Positions 38,338-49,081 of a DNA stretch of 62,828 bases are shown piece after piece (positions within the stretch are counted from its first letter, which is position 1; the number at the start of each line of letters is the position of its first letter). This stretch comes from Eubacterium sp. (lineage in GTDB: Bacteria; Bacillota; Clostridia; Oscillospirales; Acutalibacteraceae): the NCBI GenBank assembly GCA_022511185.1, contig JAFLSA010000001.1, forward strand, positions 1-62,828, in the 5' to 3' direction. The notes beneath the pieces were generated by a model. The model searched no databases and was not told where the DNA came from. It worked only from the letters and a program-made list of their open reading frames with translations. The position numbers were made by a program, and so were the translations under genes.

Positions 38338-38487
38338 AATTATGTATCCTCCCTTTCGGATAGCTTACTTTTAATTTTATAATATAACAAACTTAAAGTC
38401 AATAGTAAATAAAACAACTTCCCCCTTGACAGTTTTAATAAATTGTCTTAATCTTATGTTATAATTGAAAAATCGGAGAGTTATGAT

Positions 38488-39036
38488 ATGAAAAAGGTTT
38501 TAGTATTAATTTTAACAATAGCATTTTGTTTTTTGTTTGCAGCCTGTTCAAATGATAATGCACAGGAGGAAACAACAGAGCCTACAACAACTACTACAAC
38601 CACAACAACTGAGCCTGTCGAAAAAACGACTGCTCAGCCAAGCGAAAACACAGCCAAAGGAAATGAGCTTAAAGAGGCTGTGCTTAATGCACTTGAAAAT
38701 CAGAACGGTGCTGAAATTTCAGGTGATTTAAAATACGGAAGCTTTACGTACAAATTCACCCGTGACCCTGAAATTATGTATGCTTACGAGCAAACAGAAG
38801 AATTTGAAACAAAGGCAAGAGATAACGCACAAAAGCTGATTGAGAGTATCGAAGTGTTTTACGGCGATGAAATCACCTTTGACAGAGAATATGCATATTC
38901 TATCGGCGGCGGTGATAACGGACTTGACAGTGTGCAGTATCAGTTCTTTTATCTGAACACTCAAAACCAGCAGATAAAAGTATTTGCAGACAGCGACGGA
39001 GTAATCAGCTTTGCCCAATGCCGCTTTACATGGTAA
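38488..39036 (+). CDS. hypothetical lipoprotein
   Basis: FAAC lipobox and Thr-rich linker. Confidence 0.75.
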   Translation: MKKVLVLILTIAFCFLFAACSNDNAQEETTEPTTTTTTTTTEPVEKTTAQPSENTAKGNELKEAVLNALENQNGAEISGDLKYGSFTYKFTRDPEIMYAYEQTEEFETKARDNAQKLIESIEVFYGDEITFDREYAYSIGGGDNGLDSVQYQFFYLNTQNQQIKVFADSDGVISFAQCRFTW

Positions 39037-39096
39037 TTGACAAAATTCAGTGTCGAGTGTAATATAATATCCTAATAAAAATAATGAGGCGAAAAA

Positions 39097-40299
39097 ATGT
39101 TGACTTTAGACAGAGTTTATAAGGCAAAGCGTGTTTTATCAGAGGTTGTAAGAGAAACGGATATGATTCTTGCAAAAAACCTTTGCCCTAATGCAGACGT
39201 GTATTTAAAAACAGAAAATTTACAGGTAACAGGTTCTTTCAAAGTAAGAGGCTCTTATTTTAAAATCAGCCAGCTTTCTGACGAGGAAAAGGCAAAGGGC
39301 GTTATCGCCTGCTCAGCAGGAAATCATGCGCAGGGCGTTGCACTTGCCGCAACGAAAAACGGAATCAAATCCCTTATCTGCCTGCCTGACGGCGCACCCA
39401 TCAGCAAGGTTGAGGCAACGAAGCGTTACGGCGCTGAGGTGTGTATGGTCAAGGGTGTATATGATGATGCATACAAAAAGGCTCTCGAGCTTAAAGAAGA
39501 AAAAGGATATTCCTTCATTCATCCGTTTGATGACCCTGATGTCATTGCAGGCCAGGGTACTATCGGGCTTGAAATTCTCGATCAGCTTCCCGACCTTGAT
39601 GCAGTAGTTATCCCTATCGGCGGCGGCGGACTTATTGCAGGCGTGGCATACACCATCAAGCAGATTAACCCGAACTGCAAGGTATACGGTGTTCAGGCAT
39701 CAGGTGCTCCTTCAATGGAAAAATCCATTTTCAACGGTGAGATTGAAACGCTTTCAAAGGTACAGACAATTGCTGACGGTATTGCAGTTAAAACACCCGG
39801 TGATTTGACCTTTGACTTGGTAAACAAATACGTTGACGGAATTTTCACAGTCAGCGATGACGAGATTGCACTTGCAATTTTAACGCTTATGGAGCAGGAA
39901 AAACTTGTTTCAGAGGGTGCAGGCGCAGTTGCAGTTGCCGCAGTTATGAACGGTAAAATTCCTGACATTGACGGCAAAAAGATATGCTGTCTTGTATCAG
40001 GCGGTAATATTGACGTTACAATTCTTTCACGTGTTATTGAACGAGGACTTAAAATGGAGGGCAGAACGGCAAATATCACGATTGCCCTTTCAGACAAGCC
40101 GGGACAGCTTATGGGTGTCAGCCAGATTATTGCACAGCTTGGCGCAAACGTTGTATCGGTTAATTACGACAGCACCGACCTTGATATGAACATCACCGAC
40201 TGTTATCTCAGAATCGGCGTTGAAACAAGAGATTATCAGCACATCGCTCAGGTTAAGCAGGCACTCAAGGATGCAGGCTTTGAGGTATGTGACAAGTAA
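39097..40299 (+). CDS. ilvA: threonine ammonia-lyase with a single ACT domain
   Basis: KTENLQVTGSFKVRG, SAGNHAQG, IGGGGLI and SGGNID motifs; C-terminal DKPGQL ACT domain. Confidence 0.92.
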   Translation: MLTLDRVYKAKRVLSEVVRETDMILAKNLCPNADVYLKTENLQVTGSFKVRGSYFKISQLSDEEKAKGVIACSAGNHAQGVALAATKNGIKSLICLPDGAPISKVEATKRYGAEVCMVKGVYDDAYKKALELKEEKGYSFIHPFDDPDVIAGQGTIGLEILDQLPDLDAVVIPIGGGGLIAGVAYTIKQINPNCKVYGVQASGAPSMEKSIFNGEIETLSKVQTIADGIAVKTPGDLTFDLVNKYVDGIFTVSDDEIALAILTLMEQEKLVSEGAGAVAVAAVMNGKIPDIDGKKICCLVSGGNIDVTILSRVIERGLKMEGRTANITIALSDKPGQLMGVSQIIAQLGANVVSVNYDSTDLDMNITDCYLRIGVETRDYQHIAQVKQALKDAGFEVCDK

Positions 40300-40324
40300 A
40301 ATATTATAGCAAGGAGTTTTTATA

Positions 40325-40696
40325 ATGGAATATGTAGCAACAAAAAATGCACCTGATGCAATCGGCCCTTACTCACAGGCAGTTAAGGCAAACGGACTTT
40401 TATTCACATCGGGTCAGATCGCAATCAACCCAAAGACAAATACGGTTGAGGCAAAGACGATTGAGGAGCAGACAACACAGGTTTGTGAAAACCTCAAAGC
40501 TGTTGTTGAAGCGGCAGGCACATCAATGGATAAGGTAATTAAGACTGTCTGCTTTTTGGCAGATATAAATGATTTTGCAAAGTTCAATGAAATCTACGGC
40601 ACATATTTTATCTCTAAGCCGGCACGCTCCTGTGTGGCAGTTAAGGATTTGCCAAAGGGAGTTCTTTGTGAAGTTGAGCTTATTGCAGAATTATAA
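40325..40696 (+). CDS. ridA: RidA family enamine/imine deaminase
   Basis: AIGPYSQA, SGQI, PARSCV and EVELIA motifs; next to threonine dehydratase. Confidence 0.92.
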   Translation: MEYVATKNAPDAIGPYSQAVKANGLLFTSGQIAINPKTNTVEAKTIEEQTTQVCENLKAVVEAAGTSMDKVIKTVCFLADINDFAKFNEIYGTYFISKPARSCVAVKDLPKGVLCEVELIAEL

Positions 40697-40725
40697 ATAT
40701 ACCTTTTCACTATTATCTCTTAACT

Positions 40726-40762
40726 AAAAAAGCCGAAACGGAAATCCCGTTTCGGCTTTTTT
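40726..40762. terminator. bidirectional terminator
   Basis: A6-GCCGAAACGG/CCGTTTCGGC-T6. Confidence 0.82.
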
Positions 40763-40770
40763 AATTTTTG

Positions 40771-42258
40771 TTATCCTTTTGATTCAATTAACTTACATTC
40801 AATCTCAAAGATTTCAATATCATTATTCTGAATTCTTGCAATAGTCAGTTTAACTGTATCACCCGGCTTTGAATCAGCAAGGATTGATGTCATAATGTCG
40901 GTTGACGTCATTGTCTTGCCATTAACCGCAATGATCATATCATATTTCTTGATATCTTTATTCGCAAGATCTGAGGACTGGTCAACACTGTCAATTACCA
41001 TTGCGCCATCAGCGTTTTCATAGCCTCTTTCAGCAAGCACCTTGATAATTGTGCTTGAGTTATTGAAGTTTGTAAGCTGGTTATACTGAATACCGAGCTT
41101 TGCTCTGCCTGCAACATAGCCGACTTTTATAAGGCTGTTTGCCGTTGCAACTGCCGTGGAGGAAGGAACGGAAAAGCCCATACCCTCATATTCGGTTGAT
41201 GCAATTTTTGATGAATTTATTCCGACTACCTGACCCTGCATATTAAAGAGCGCTCCGCCGCTGTTGCCGGGATTGATAGCCGCATCAGTCTGAATACACT
41301 CGTTATCATAGCCGATATTTGATGAAATCGGTCTTGCAAGTGCTGAAATATAACCGCTTGTTACGGAATTCATAAATTCAAGACCGCCGGGGCATCCGAT
41401 TGCTACAACCTGCTCACCTACTACAAGATTATCACTGTTTGCAAATTCAGCTATCTGAAGTCCTGTCTTGTCTATTGAAAGAACACCAATATCTGTCTGA
41501 GCGTCATAGGCTACCATAGCGGCATCAACTGTCGACCCGTCATTAAGCGTTACCGAAAAGCTGTCGCCGTCACTTATTACGTGCGCGCAGGTAAGAATAT
41601 ACGTTTTTCCGTTTTGCTCCGACATCAGAACGCCTGAGCCTTCACCTGATTTAGTTGGCCCGCTGCTTGAGTTACCGTTATACCCGTAATTATAGAAATA
41701 GTTATAAGCGTCCGTATACTGTGAATAAACAGTGATACCAACACACGAGTCCATAACCTTATCGGCAACGCCTGCAACCGTGTAATTATTATCCTTTTCC
41801 TTTAGCGGAACCTTCTCGCTATCGTGGGTCTGCACTGCATCATCAGTATTCTGTGACTGTGTTGTAGTTTCCCCATTACTGTCCTTTCCGGCAGTGCTAT
41901 CACCTACTAAACCTGCAACAGAAGCAGCCATTCCTACTCCGGCAATAACAAGACAGATAACGAGCACGATTACGATTATCTTTGCGGCATTGCTTTTCTT
42001 TGGCGGCTTTGTGCCGTTATTACCGTTAAAACTGCCGTAATTATCATTGTCTTGTGGCGGCTGATAGTAGCTGTTCAGCTGACTTTCAGGCTCCGGTGTT
42101 TCTCTGTAAGAGTACTGATATGTCGTGTTTTCTGCCTGTGGGGGTTCACTCGTCTGAGGCGGAGTATAATACGTGTCGCCTGTGCTTGGCTGATAATAAT
42201 CAGGGTGTGAGCCGTTCGTGCTGCCTGTGTCGAACCCTTTGTTTTCAAAATCATCCAT
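40771..42258 (-). CDS. htrA: HtrA/DegP-like membrane serine protease with PDZ domain
   Basis: GSGV, TCAHV, DIGVL and QTDAAINPGNSGG triad motifs; C-terminal PDZ. Confidence 0.9.
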   Translation of the reverse strand: MDDFENKGFDTGSTNGSHPDYYQPSTGDTYYTPPQTSEPPQAENTTYQYSYRETPEPESQLNSYYQPPQDNDNYGSFNGNNGTKPPKKSNAAKIIVIVLVICLVIAGVGMAASVAGLVGDSTAGKDSNGETTTQSQNTDDAVQTHDSEKVPLKEKDNNYTVAGVADKVMDSCVGITVYSQYTDAYNYFYNYGYNGNSSSGPTKSGEGSGVLMSEQNGKTYILTCAHVISDGDSFSVTLNDGSTVDAAMVAYDAQTDIGVLSIDKTGLQIAEFANSDNLVVGEQVVAIGCPGGLEFMNSVTSGYISALARPISSNIGYDNECIQTDAAINPGNSGGALFNMQGQVVGINSSKIASTEYEGMGFSVPSSTAVATANSLIKVGYVAGRAKLGIQYNQLTNFNNSSTIIKVLAERGYENADGAMVIDSVDQSSDLANKDIKKYDMIIAVNGKTMTSTDIMTSILADSKPGDTVKLTIARIQNNDIEIFEIECKLIESKG

Positions 42259-43772
42259 TATTTCCTTTTCTCCTTTTTATAGATTGGTCTGTATGTTTTA
42301 GGAAGTCTGAATATAAATTCTGCGGATTCTTCATCATCGCTTACAGCCCAGATACTTCCTCCGTGCATTTCAACCATCATTTTCACTATATAAAGTCCCA
42401 AACCTGCGCCCTTTGCGTCAAGGCTCCTTGACTTATCAACCTTATAAAATCTTTCAAACACCTTTGAAAGCTCTTGCTTATTTATGCCGATACCGCTGTT
42501 TTTAATATGCACCTCAACGGAATCGTTATTATCATTCATATTTACTTTGATATAACCGCCTTCATTTGTAAACTTAACGGCATTGTCAAATATATTGTAG
42601 ATAACCTGATAAATCATATCGGTATCTGCAACAATATAAGTCTGGTGCAGATCCTCAAGTCCCTGAATTTCAATATTCTTTTCCTCAATCTTTTGCTCAA
42701 AGGTGAGAAGAATATGAATAATCTGATCTGATATATCGTAGTTAGTCGGCTTCATTTCAAAGCTTCCCGACTCAATCTTGCTCATATTAAGCATAGCAAC
42801 AACCAAGCGAGAAAGACGGCGAATTTCGCCGCTGACAATATTAAGATAATAATCCGTTTTTTCTCTCGGTATCGTGCCGTCGAGTATTCCGTCAATAAAT
42901 CCGCCGATTGAGGTCATAGGAGTTCTCAGCTCGTGAGACACGTTTGATACAAAGCTTCGTCTTGACGACTCAAGCCTGTCAAGTGCATCAGCCATATCGT
43001 TAAACGCTGTGCCAAGCTGTGAAAGCTCGTCATTCCCCTTTACTTTAACCCTATAGGAAAAGTCACCTATTGCAAACTGCTTTGCCGCTTTGCTCATCTG
43101 CTGGAGCGGTTTAACGAAATTTCTCGTCAGATACCATATGCAGATAAACGCAATTAAAAGGCAAGCTAAAGCGCTGAATACAAATATCCGGAGCACCGTC
43201 ATCGTAAGCTCATTGACGTTAGTCTCAGCTGTTGCGATAACCGAGCCGATAATCTGATTGTTACTGTAAATAGGATAGCCGACAATGTATGAAAGCCTTC
43301 CGCTCACGCTTCCCTTTCCGACGTATCCGCCCTCGTAAACGCTTTTTAAAAGCACGTCGCCCACAGTAAATTCATTATGATATATGCAAACAGGAAGTTC
43401 TCCCATAAAAGGCATTACACCTGATTTTTCCTTGCACATAATTATATTGCCGCCAACGTCGCAAACGAACAAATCTGCATCGATGGAATTTGAAATAATA
43501 TTAAGCGTCCTGCATATCATTTCTTTTTCAACAGTATAATGATCGTTCATATCCTGAACGATAAGATTTTGCCTTACACTGTCAGCAATCGACTGTGCAT
43601 TTTCCTTTAAAAGCTTTGTATTCTCATTTTGCGTGTATGCATTAACAAGTATTATCAGGGAAGCACCGAGAATTGTCAGCACTATAAGGAAAATTGCTGC
43701 AAAAAGAATAAAATATTTTGCAAATATATTATTCTTCAGGTACTGCCCTTTGATAAATTGCTTTACAGACAT
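42258..43772 (-). CDS. two-component sensor histidine kinase (HAMP-HisKA-HATPase)
   Basis: SHELRTP, DNAVKF, FERFYKVDKSR and GLGL motifs. Confidence 0.94.
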   Translation of the reverse strand: MSVKQFIKGQYLKNNIFAKYFILFAAIFLIVLTILGASLIILVNAYTQNENTKLLKENAQSIADSVRQNLIVQDMNDHYTVEKEMICRTLNIISNSIDADLFVCDVGGNIIMCKEKSGVMPFMGELPVCIYHNEFTVGDVLLKSVYEGGYVGKGSVSGRLSYIVGYPIYSNNQIIGSVIATAETNVNELTMTVLRIFVFSALACLLIAFICIWYLTRNFVKPLQQMSKAAKQFAIGDFSYRVKVKGNDELSQLGTAFNDMADALDRLESSRRSFVSNVSHELRTPMTSIGGFIDGILDGTIPREKTDYYLNIVSGEIRRLSRLVVAMLNMSKIESGSFEMKPTNYDISDQIIHILLTFEQKIEEKNIEIQGLEDLHQTYIVADTDMIYQVIYNIFDNAVKFTNEGGYIKVNMNDNNDSVEVHIKNSGIGINKQELSKVFERFYKVDKSRSLDAKGAGLGLYIVKMMVEMHGGSIWAVSDDEESAEFIFRLPKTYRPIYKKEKRK

Positions 43773-43777
43773 CTGTC

Positions 43778-44473
43778 TTAATCCTTTGTTTCAAATTTAT
43801 AGCCGACACCCCAAACGGTCTTAAGTGACCATTTGTCAGAAACGCCCTCAAGCTTTTCACGCAGACGCTTTACGTGAACGTCTACGGTACGTGAATCGCC
43901 GTAATAATCAAAGCCCCATACCTCATCAAGAAGCTGGTCACGTGTATAAACACGGTTTGGATTTGATGCAAAGTGATAGATGAGCTCAAGCTCTTTTGGC
44001 GGTGTGTCAACTACAACACCTGCTACCTTCAGCTCGTAATTGATAATGTTTATTTCAAGATTATCGTAAACCACAATCTTTTTGCTGTTGTCATCAGCAG
44101 TTGTGTTGCCGTTTGTTCTTCTCAAAACAGCCTTCACTCTTGCCATAACCTCTTTTGCATCAAACGGCTTTGTAACATAGTCATCTGCGCCAAGCTCAAG
44201 ACCAAGCACCTTGTCAAAGGTTTCGCCCTTTGCGGTGAGCATAATGATAGGTGCATTTGACGATTTTCTGATTTCACGGCAAACCTGCCAGCCGTCCATT
44301 TTCGGAAGCATAATGTCAAGCAGAACAAGCTCAGGTGTCTTAGCCTGAAATGTGTTTACAGCCTCCTGTCCGTCATTTGCAACAAAAACGGTATAGCAGT
44401 CGTTTTCAAGATAAAGCTTAAGTAATTCGCAGATATTATGGTCATCATCAACAACAAGAATTTTTGTACTCAT
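43778..44473 (-). CDS. OmpR-family response regulator
   Basis: VVDDD, LLDIMLP, GADDYVTKPF, RTVDVHVKRLR and TVWGVGY motifs. Confidence 0.95.
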   Translation of the reverse strand: MSTKILVVDDDHNICELLKLYLENDCYTVFVANDGQEAVNTFQAKTPELVLLDIMLPKMDGWQVCREIRKSSNAPIIMLTAKGETFDKVLGLELGADDYVTKPFDAKEVMARVKAVLRRTNGNTTADDNSKKIVVYDNLEINIINYELKVAGVVVDTPPKELELIYHFASNPNRVYTRDQLLDEVWGFDYYGDSRTVDVHVKRLREKLEGVSDKWSLKTVWGVGYKFETKD

Positions 44474-44596
44474 TTTATGTTCTCCTTTTTAATTATCAAT
44501 CCTAATTTTAGCACCATAAATTGTTATTTTTTTGTTCTATCGGTAAACAAACTATAAAAATTTTTAACAATTTTTAAATGTAAAATTACCACAGTT

Positions 44597-45847
44597 TTAC
44601 CAGCTCTTGCCTCTTTTTTCACAGCTCTCAACGTAATCAACGAACTGCTTTGCGCATCTCGGTGACCTTCCGCCGCGGCGCGTTGCCCACTGCTCAGCCA
44701 TAAAGCAGAGGTGCTCCTCGTCAACATCAAGTCCTCTGTCAAGTGCAATTTTTATAACTATGTCAAAATATTCCGACTTGTTAGGATTAAGGAAGGTAAT
44801 CGTCAGTCCGAATCTGTCTGAAAGGCTCAACTGCTCCTGCATCGTGTCACTGCGGTTTACGTCATTTTCTCTGTCAGAGAAATTCTCTTTAATAAGATGC
44901 CGTCTGTTTGACGTTGCGTAAATAAGTATATTTGACGACTGCCTGCCCGACAGCGAGCCTTCAAGCGCAGCCTTAAGCTCACTAAATGACGAGTCATTTG
45001 AATCAAAGCTCAAATCGTCAATGTAAATAATAAATTTCATCGGTGAAGCCGCAAGCTGTTCACGAATCAGTCCAAGCTCGGCAACTGCACTCTTTGATAT
45101 CTCTATCATTCTCAGCCCTTGACTGTGGTATTCATTAAGCAGTGCGTGAACGGTCGAGCTTTTGCCTGTTCCCCTGTCGCCGTAAAGAAGAACGTTATTG
45201 GCAGGGTGACCTGCTATAAAGCTTTCCGTATTATCAATGACCTTTTGCCTTTGCACCTCATAGTTTTTCAAGTCTTTAAGAGTTATCAGATCGACTGAAG
45301 CAACAGGGCAAATCTCCTTATTCCTCCACGTAAATGCGATATGCTTTGCATATTTGCCGTAGCCGTTTACTTTATGGTAGGAAATCAGATCATCAAGCCG
45401 CTTGTCCCAGTTTTCGCTAAGCGGTGTCAGTGAATTGCCAATTTCCCACTGGGGAACGGTCTTTATCATTTCTCTTAAATCATTATCTCCGACAGCCTCT
45501 GAAATATCGTAGGCTGTCAATGACGAAAGCTGTTCTAGCTTCATAAGGTCATTTTCAACTGCATTAATAATTGATTCAGGCAAATCTCCAACCTTATCCG
45601 CACAAGCCGACTGAGTGAAAATATTGTCTGCAGTTAAGATACATTTTGAAATATATTCTTTTAGCGACTTATTCGCTGATACTATCTTGAAAAAACTGCT
45701 TTGCCTTTTTAAAACCTCTTCACTGCCAACACTGCAAAGCAAATCATAAAGTGCAGAAATTACAGGGTCAGTTTTAAAATCATAAATACAAAGCGTATCA
45801 ATATAATATTTTAATCTTGTAATTTTATTCACGGTATCACATCCCAA
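44597..45847 (-). CDS. DUF815 family AAA+ ATPase
   Basis: ANNVLLYGDRGTGKS, IDDLSF, YATSNRRHL, SLSDRFG and GRSPR motifs. Confidence 0.88.
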   Translation of the reverse strand: MGCDTVNKITRLKYYIDTLCIYDFKTDPVISALYDLLCSVGSEEVLKRQSSFFKIVSANKSLKEYISKCILTADNIFTQSACADKVGDLPESIINAVENDLMKLEQLSSLTAYDISEAVGDNDLREMIKTVPQWEIGNSLTPLSENWDKRLDDLISYHKVNGYGKYAKHIAFTWRNKEICPVASVDLITLKDLKNYEVQRQKVIDNTESFIAGHPANNVLLYGDRGTGKSSTVHALLNEYHSQGLRMIEISKSAVAELGLIREQLAASPMKFIIYIDDLSFDSNDSSFSELKAALEGSLSGRQSSNILIYATSNRRHLIKENFSDRENDVNRSDTMQEQLSLSDRFGLTITFLNPNKSEYFDIVIKIALDRGLDVDEEHLCFMAEQWATRRGGRSPRCAKQFVDYVESCEKRGKSW

Positions 45848-45892
45848 ATTAATTTTACTCTATTTGTTCACAATTTACAAGACAAAATATAC

Positions 45893-45921
45893 TTGACTAA
45901 TTATAATTAAAGGCATATAAT
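45893..45921 (+). promoter_or_regulatory. sigma-A promoter of ilvC
   Basis: TTGACT-N17-TATAAT. Confidence 0.75.
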
Positions 45922-45948
45922 AGTTTGCAACAACACATAATGTGCTAA

Positions 45949-46992
<1,044 letters not shown>

Positions 46993-47029
46993 GAATAGAT
47001 TTTATATACAAATTAAGCACGGTAAAGCT

Positions 47030-47295
47030 GAGGTTCCATAACGCAGTGTTGCTTAAAATCATCATCTTTTTAGCTATAATTTCGTTAAAAAACACCATAA
47101 GGCGACAGCCTTATGGTGTTTTTATGCCTTATTCTATCTAAAAATCTAATAATTTTAAGTGCTTCGCAGTTTCGTAGCAAAAGAAATTTGTCTGTAATAT
47201 AGTTGAAAAATGCAGCAAGACTTGCGTCTTGCGAGGCTTTTCGGCTGTATTACAGGTAATTTCTGCGAGAAACCAATACTTCGTTATGGAACCTC
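47030..47295. mobile_element. MITE-like non-autonomous element (266 bp)
   Basis: terminal IR GAGGTTCCATAACG/CGTTATGGAACCTC; AGCT on both flanks (47026-29, 47296-99); two long internal hairpins; lies in the loop of a terminator. Confidence 0.75.
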
Positions 47296-47405
47296 AGCTA
47301 AATTGCCGTGCTTTTTTATTTAAAAATAAATTAAGTATAAACTATGTTCTAAAGTCATTGTCATCATCAAAACAATATGATATATAGTACTTGTGAGGTG
47401 ATATT

Positions 47406-47825
47406 ATGGAAAGTAAAAAAATACGACCTTACCTAATTAGTATCAGTATATCTATTATTGTTTTGGATATTATTCTGGGTTACGAAGATGCAGGTTATTT
47501 TTTAAGAGAAATATACTGGTTCTTTTTAGTTCCTGTTTTACTAATTTTTAACTCCAAATATAATAACAAAATTCTGAATATCATTTTATTTATATACGAA
47601 ATATTTTTATTCGTATGTAATCTTTTGAATTTTATCATTTTCTTTTATGAAAGTACTTTGGCACAGTTTGGGGTTCAATGTGACCTTATTTTAGTGTTTT
47701 TGCCTTTGCCTGATTTCATCTACTATATGCTTGCGTTGTTTTTCCAACCATTAACTGTCAGTATTGCAGTCGCAATTGTTTTAGGAATAATAAAAATCAC
47801 AAAAAAATCGGCTCAGAAAAACTGA
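47406..47825 (+). CDS. hypothetical 4-TM membrane protein, AT-rich
   Basis: GAGGTG RBS; hydrophobic 139 aa ORF. Confidence 0.65.
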   Translation: MESKKIRPYLISISISIIVLDIILGYEDAGYFLREIYWFFLVPVLLIFNSKYNNKILNIILFIYEIFLFVCNLLNFIIFFYESTLAQFGVQCDLILVFLPLPDFIYYMLALFFQPLTVSIAVAIVLGIIKITKKSAQKN

Positions 47826-47834
47826 GCCGATTTT
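47804..47834. terminator. bidirectional terminator
   Basis: AAAATCGGCTCAG-aaaaa-CTGAGCCGATTTT. Confidence 0.75.
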
Positions 47835-47846
47835 AATTTTAGTTTA

Positions 47847-49049
47847 TTAGTCATTCGGAATGAATTTTCTGTGTACTGCGGATACTGCTCTGTCTGCGTC
47901 CTCTGCATCAATAATTACTGAAATCTTTATCTCAGAAGTTGAAATCATCTGGATATTGATATTTGTCTCATAGAGAGCCTCAAACATTTTTGATGCCGTA
48001 CCCGGATGTGACTCCATACCTGCGCCGACGATTGAAACCTTTGCAACCTCAGTATTGCAGACAATTCTGCAATCCTCAAGCATACCCTCTAAAAGCTCAA
48101 CGGCAAGAGGGCCGTTATCCTTGCTGACTGTGAACACGATATCCTTTGTGCCGTCTCTGCCAAAGGACTGAAGGATAATATCAACGTTGATATTCTTTGC
48201 AGAAAGCTTTGAGAAAATTTTGAAAGCGATACCCGGTGTATCCTGTAAATTTAAGATTGAAACAAGTGCAACGTCCTTATCCTTAGTTACACCGCGAATT
48301 AACATTTTTTCCATTTTTGCTGCCTCCTTAACGATTGTACCCGGTATTGGATTAAGTGATGAGAGAACCTCAAGCTCTACTCCGTATTTCTTTGCCATTT
48401 CAACTGAACGGTTGTTGAGCACCTGTGCGCCCAACGTTGCCAGCTCAAGCATTTCGTCATAAGTAATTTCCTTAAGCTTTTTAGCGTTTTCAACCTTTCT
48501 CGGGTCGGCTGTGTAAACACCCTCAACGTCGGTGAAAATCTGGCATTTATCCGCTTTGAGTGCCGCCGCAATTGCAACTGCAGATGTGTCAGAACCGCCT
48601 CTGCCTAAGGTTGTAATGTCATCATACCTGTTGATACCCTGAAAGCCTGCAACAACAACGATGTTGTGCTTTGCAATTTCAGCCTGCAATCTGTTAGGCT
48701 TGATGTTTTTAATTCTCGCCTGTGTGTAAATTGCATTTGTGTTAAAGCCTGCCTGCCAGCCTAAAAGACTGATAACAGGGAAACCGAGCTTTTCGATTGC
48801 CATTGCAAGAAGTGAAATTGAAATCTGCTCGCCTGCTGAAAGGAGCTGGTCCATCTCCCTCTTATGAGCGCTTGGATTGATTTCATTAGCCTTAGCAATC
48901 AAATCATCGGTAGTGTCGCCCTGAGCAGATACAACAACGATTACGTCATTACCCTGCTTGTAGGTATCTGTAACGATACGGGCAACGTTCATAACTCTCT
49001 CAGCATTTGCTACTGAAGAGCCGCCGAACTTCTGAACAATAAGTCCCAT
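47847..49049 (-). CDS. lysC: aspartate kinase
   Basis: VQKFGGSSV, TTLGRGGSDTSA and TDVEGVYTADP motifs; two ACT domains. Confidence 0.94.
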   Translation of the reverse strand: MGLIVQKFGGSSVANAERVMNVARIVTDTYKQGNDVIVVVSAQGDTTDDLIAKANEINPSAHKREMDQLLSAGEQISISLLAMAIEKLGFPVISLLGWQAGFNTNAIYTQARIKNIKPNRLQAEIAKHNIVVVAGFQGINRYDDITTLGRGGSDTSAVAIAAALKADKCQIFTDVEGVYTADPRKVENAKKLKEITYDEMLELATLGAQVLNNRSVEMAKKYGVELEVLSSLNPIPGTIVKEAAKMEKMLIRGVTKDKDVALVSILNLQDTPGIAFKIFSKLSAKNINVDIILQSFGRDGTKDIVFTVSKDNGPLAVELLEGMLEDCRIVCNTEVAKVSIVGAGMESHPGTASKMFEALYETNINIQMISTSEIKISVIIDAEDADRAVSAVHRKFIPND

Positions 49050-49081
49050 AGTTCAAGTCCTCCTTTATTGATTAATAGTTT

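Noticed and set aside
39097-40696. ilvA-ridA pairing as a novel system
   Set aside because: Well-known coupling: RidA removes enamine intermediates made by threonine dehydratase.
45864-45880. Rex-like palindrome upstream of ilvC (TTGTTCACAATTTACAA)
   Set aside because: One base short of the 18-bp Rex spacing and imperfect, in an AT-rich region.
47030-47295. T-box, riboswitch or CRISPR interpretation of the structured region after ilvC
   Set aside because: It lies downstream of the gene and has no T-box consensus or repeat-spacer pattern; terminal IRs with a flanking duplication fit a MITE better.
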